64,000 nucleotides of DNA from Lama guanicoe. Its lineage: Eukaryota. Under the pieces are notes generated by a model. It did not search any database, was not told the origin of the DNA, and saw nothing but the letters and a program-made list of their open reading frames with translations. A program made the position numbers and the translations under genes. Location of the stretch: contig MU053216.1 of the NCBI GenBank assembly GCA_013239625.1, positions 2,508,943 through 2,572,942 on the forward strand, written 5' to 3'. Positions 62,391 through 64,000 of the stretch are shown here, one piece after another. The first letter of the stretch is position 1. Each line of letters opens with the position of its first letter.

Positions 62391-64000
62391 TAGAAAATTC
62401 CCCCCTCTTTTCTTCCTCTCTCTCCTCCTCCTCCTTCTCATCACCATGGCACCACCATCATCATCGTCATTCAGATCACGAGAAAGCAGCCAATGGCCAA
62501 ATAAACACAACCTCAAGTTAATTTAGGCAATTTAAACGTCTCAGGTACTAAACTGAGAGGGTGTTTCTGAGGCAAACCTGGGATTTAAAAAAAATTCAAT
62601 GTATTTCTTTTGGTAAACATTCTAGGCATTTTTTTTGAAATGATCTTATTTAATCCTAACAGACATTTCATACTGATCGAAAATTCTGCACTTCTAAAGA
62701 TGTCCAAAATGTTAACGAGACTGAGATTAATAATCATGGTGCAACACATTGAATACTCATGCACATAAGTATTTCAATAAGAGGGAGGGTGAGGAGAAGA
62801 CGTAGGATTCCATACGAATTCCTTTGCTTAACACGGTGATGCTGCATTCAGCTCGTCGCTAGAGGTTTTTGTTTCATGTGATGGAAAGTGAAGGAACGAG
62901 TGATGGCGAGGATATTTCTCATTTCTTTGCGCGCTGAGATTTCAGCCTTGTGCTTTGTTTTCTCTGCTCTTTATTATAGACACACATATACAGATAGACA
63001 GAGATTTTTATTTTATGTGACCAAAGTAGCACGCCTAACTTATCTTCTCCCCAGTGTCCTTACATCCTGCCCACCAGGCTGGCCCTTGCTCACGTCTGTG
63101 TTTCCTTCTTATTCTTTTTTAGCCCTTCCCCAGCCTAGTCCTCTTATATTTTCTAACATAATTTCAATTCTTTCTTAAATTTTGAAACATTATTATTATT
63201 ATTTTTAATCCCCATAAAGTTCTTTCTCTTTGTCCTCTGCCGGTCTGCCCTGTTCTGGCCCCAAGAAGTGCCTCATATTTCAGCGTCTACACTCCCAAGT
63301 CCTTGCTTCAGCCGTGGAGTCTCTGAAACCAATGAACAATAGCAAACGCAGGGCAGCTTTTCAGAATACACACGGCCTCATTCGTGTATGTCTGAAAATG
63401 TGCGGTGCAAAAATTGTTACTTGTGCACGTGGATAAAATGCGTGTGGTACACTCGCAGGGACCCCAGGTTTTCTGTGTGAGTCCGTGTGTATGAGCACCT
63501 CTTTGATTCAACAAGGAATTAATTGAAATTGGCATGCGGGGACTAGTTATTTGTTCAGAATGGATCAAGATAAATAATAAAGACAGTGAAAATCAGAGCA
63601 TCTCCCTGCGATGTGGGAATGCAGAGAAAGAGCACGCAGATGGAAACATCAAAATGAGCTTCTCTTCAAACGTGGCCCAGGTCACCCTGCTTGTGAGTTT
63701 TGAGTTTCATCATGGGCTTAAAGACAGGCACAGAAAAGAGTGCCGGGCGGGAGTTAGAGGACAGACCACATGCAGATTCAAAGACTGTGAACTGTTAACT
63801 TTCGGAACAAAGTAAAGAGATTCCGTTGAAGGAATGAGATTAAAGATGCTTAAAGAATTTGAAATACATGACTAAAGGCGCTTTGCCAGGTCTCCTCCAG
63901 TTTGTTCCAGACCAGACAAAGAGCTGTATTGAAAGGGCAGCACTAGAAATGTTTCTGATGAAAGAGGCTGTTAAATGCTGTTACGGAAGCCAAGTATTAA

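Noticed and set aside
1..64000. CRISPR arrays, operons, rRNA genes, NUMT or intact provirus
   Set aside because: None seen. The sequence is mammalian repeat-rich non-coding DNA.

Overview
This is mammalian, repeat-rich, essentially non-coding DNA. Three tRNA-Ala-derived SINEs of the vic-1 type point to a camelid genome (inference). I found no host protein-coding exon I can recognise. The only ORFs with recognisable homology are decayed LINE-1 ORF2 and LINE-2 reverse-transcriptase fragments. The window holds about 20 L1 fragments (mostly on the minus strand), several MaLR (MLT1) LTRs, an ERV1-type solo LTR nested in an MLT1, MIR/L2/CR1 relics, microsatellites and several CpG-rich patches. The most interesting signals are retrotransposition footprints: a tailless 5'-half tRNA-Lys(CTT) retrocopy with a target-site duplication (TSD), a twin-primed inverted L1, an L1 with a probable 3' transduction plus micro-inversion, and an orphan poly(A) insertion. 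There is also a candidate CpG-island promoter/first exon, possible minus-strand lncRNA exons, and apparent AT-to-GC drift in old repeats. I see no evidence for a new gene system. Repeat subfamily names and boundaries are by eye and approximate.
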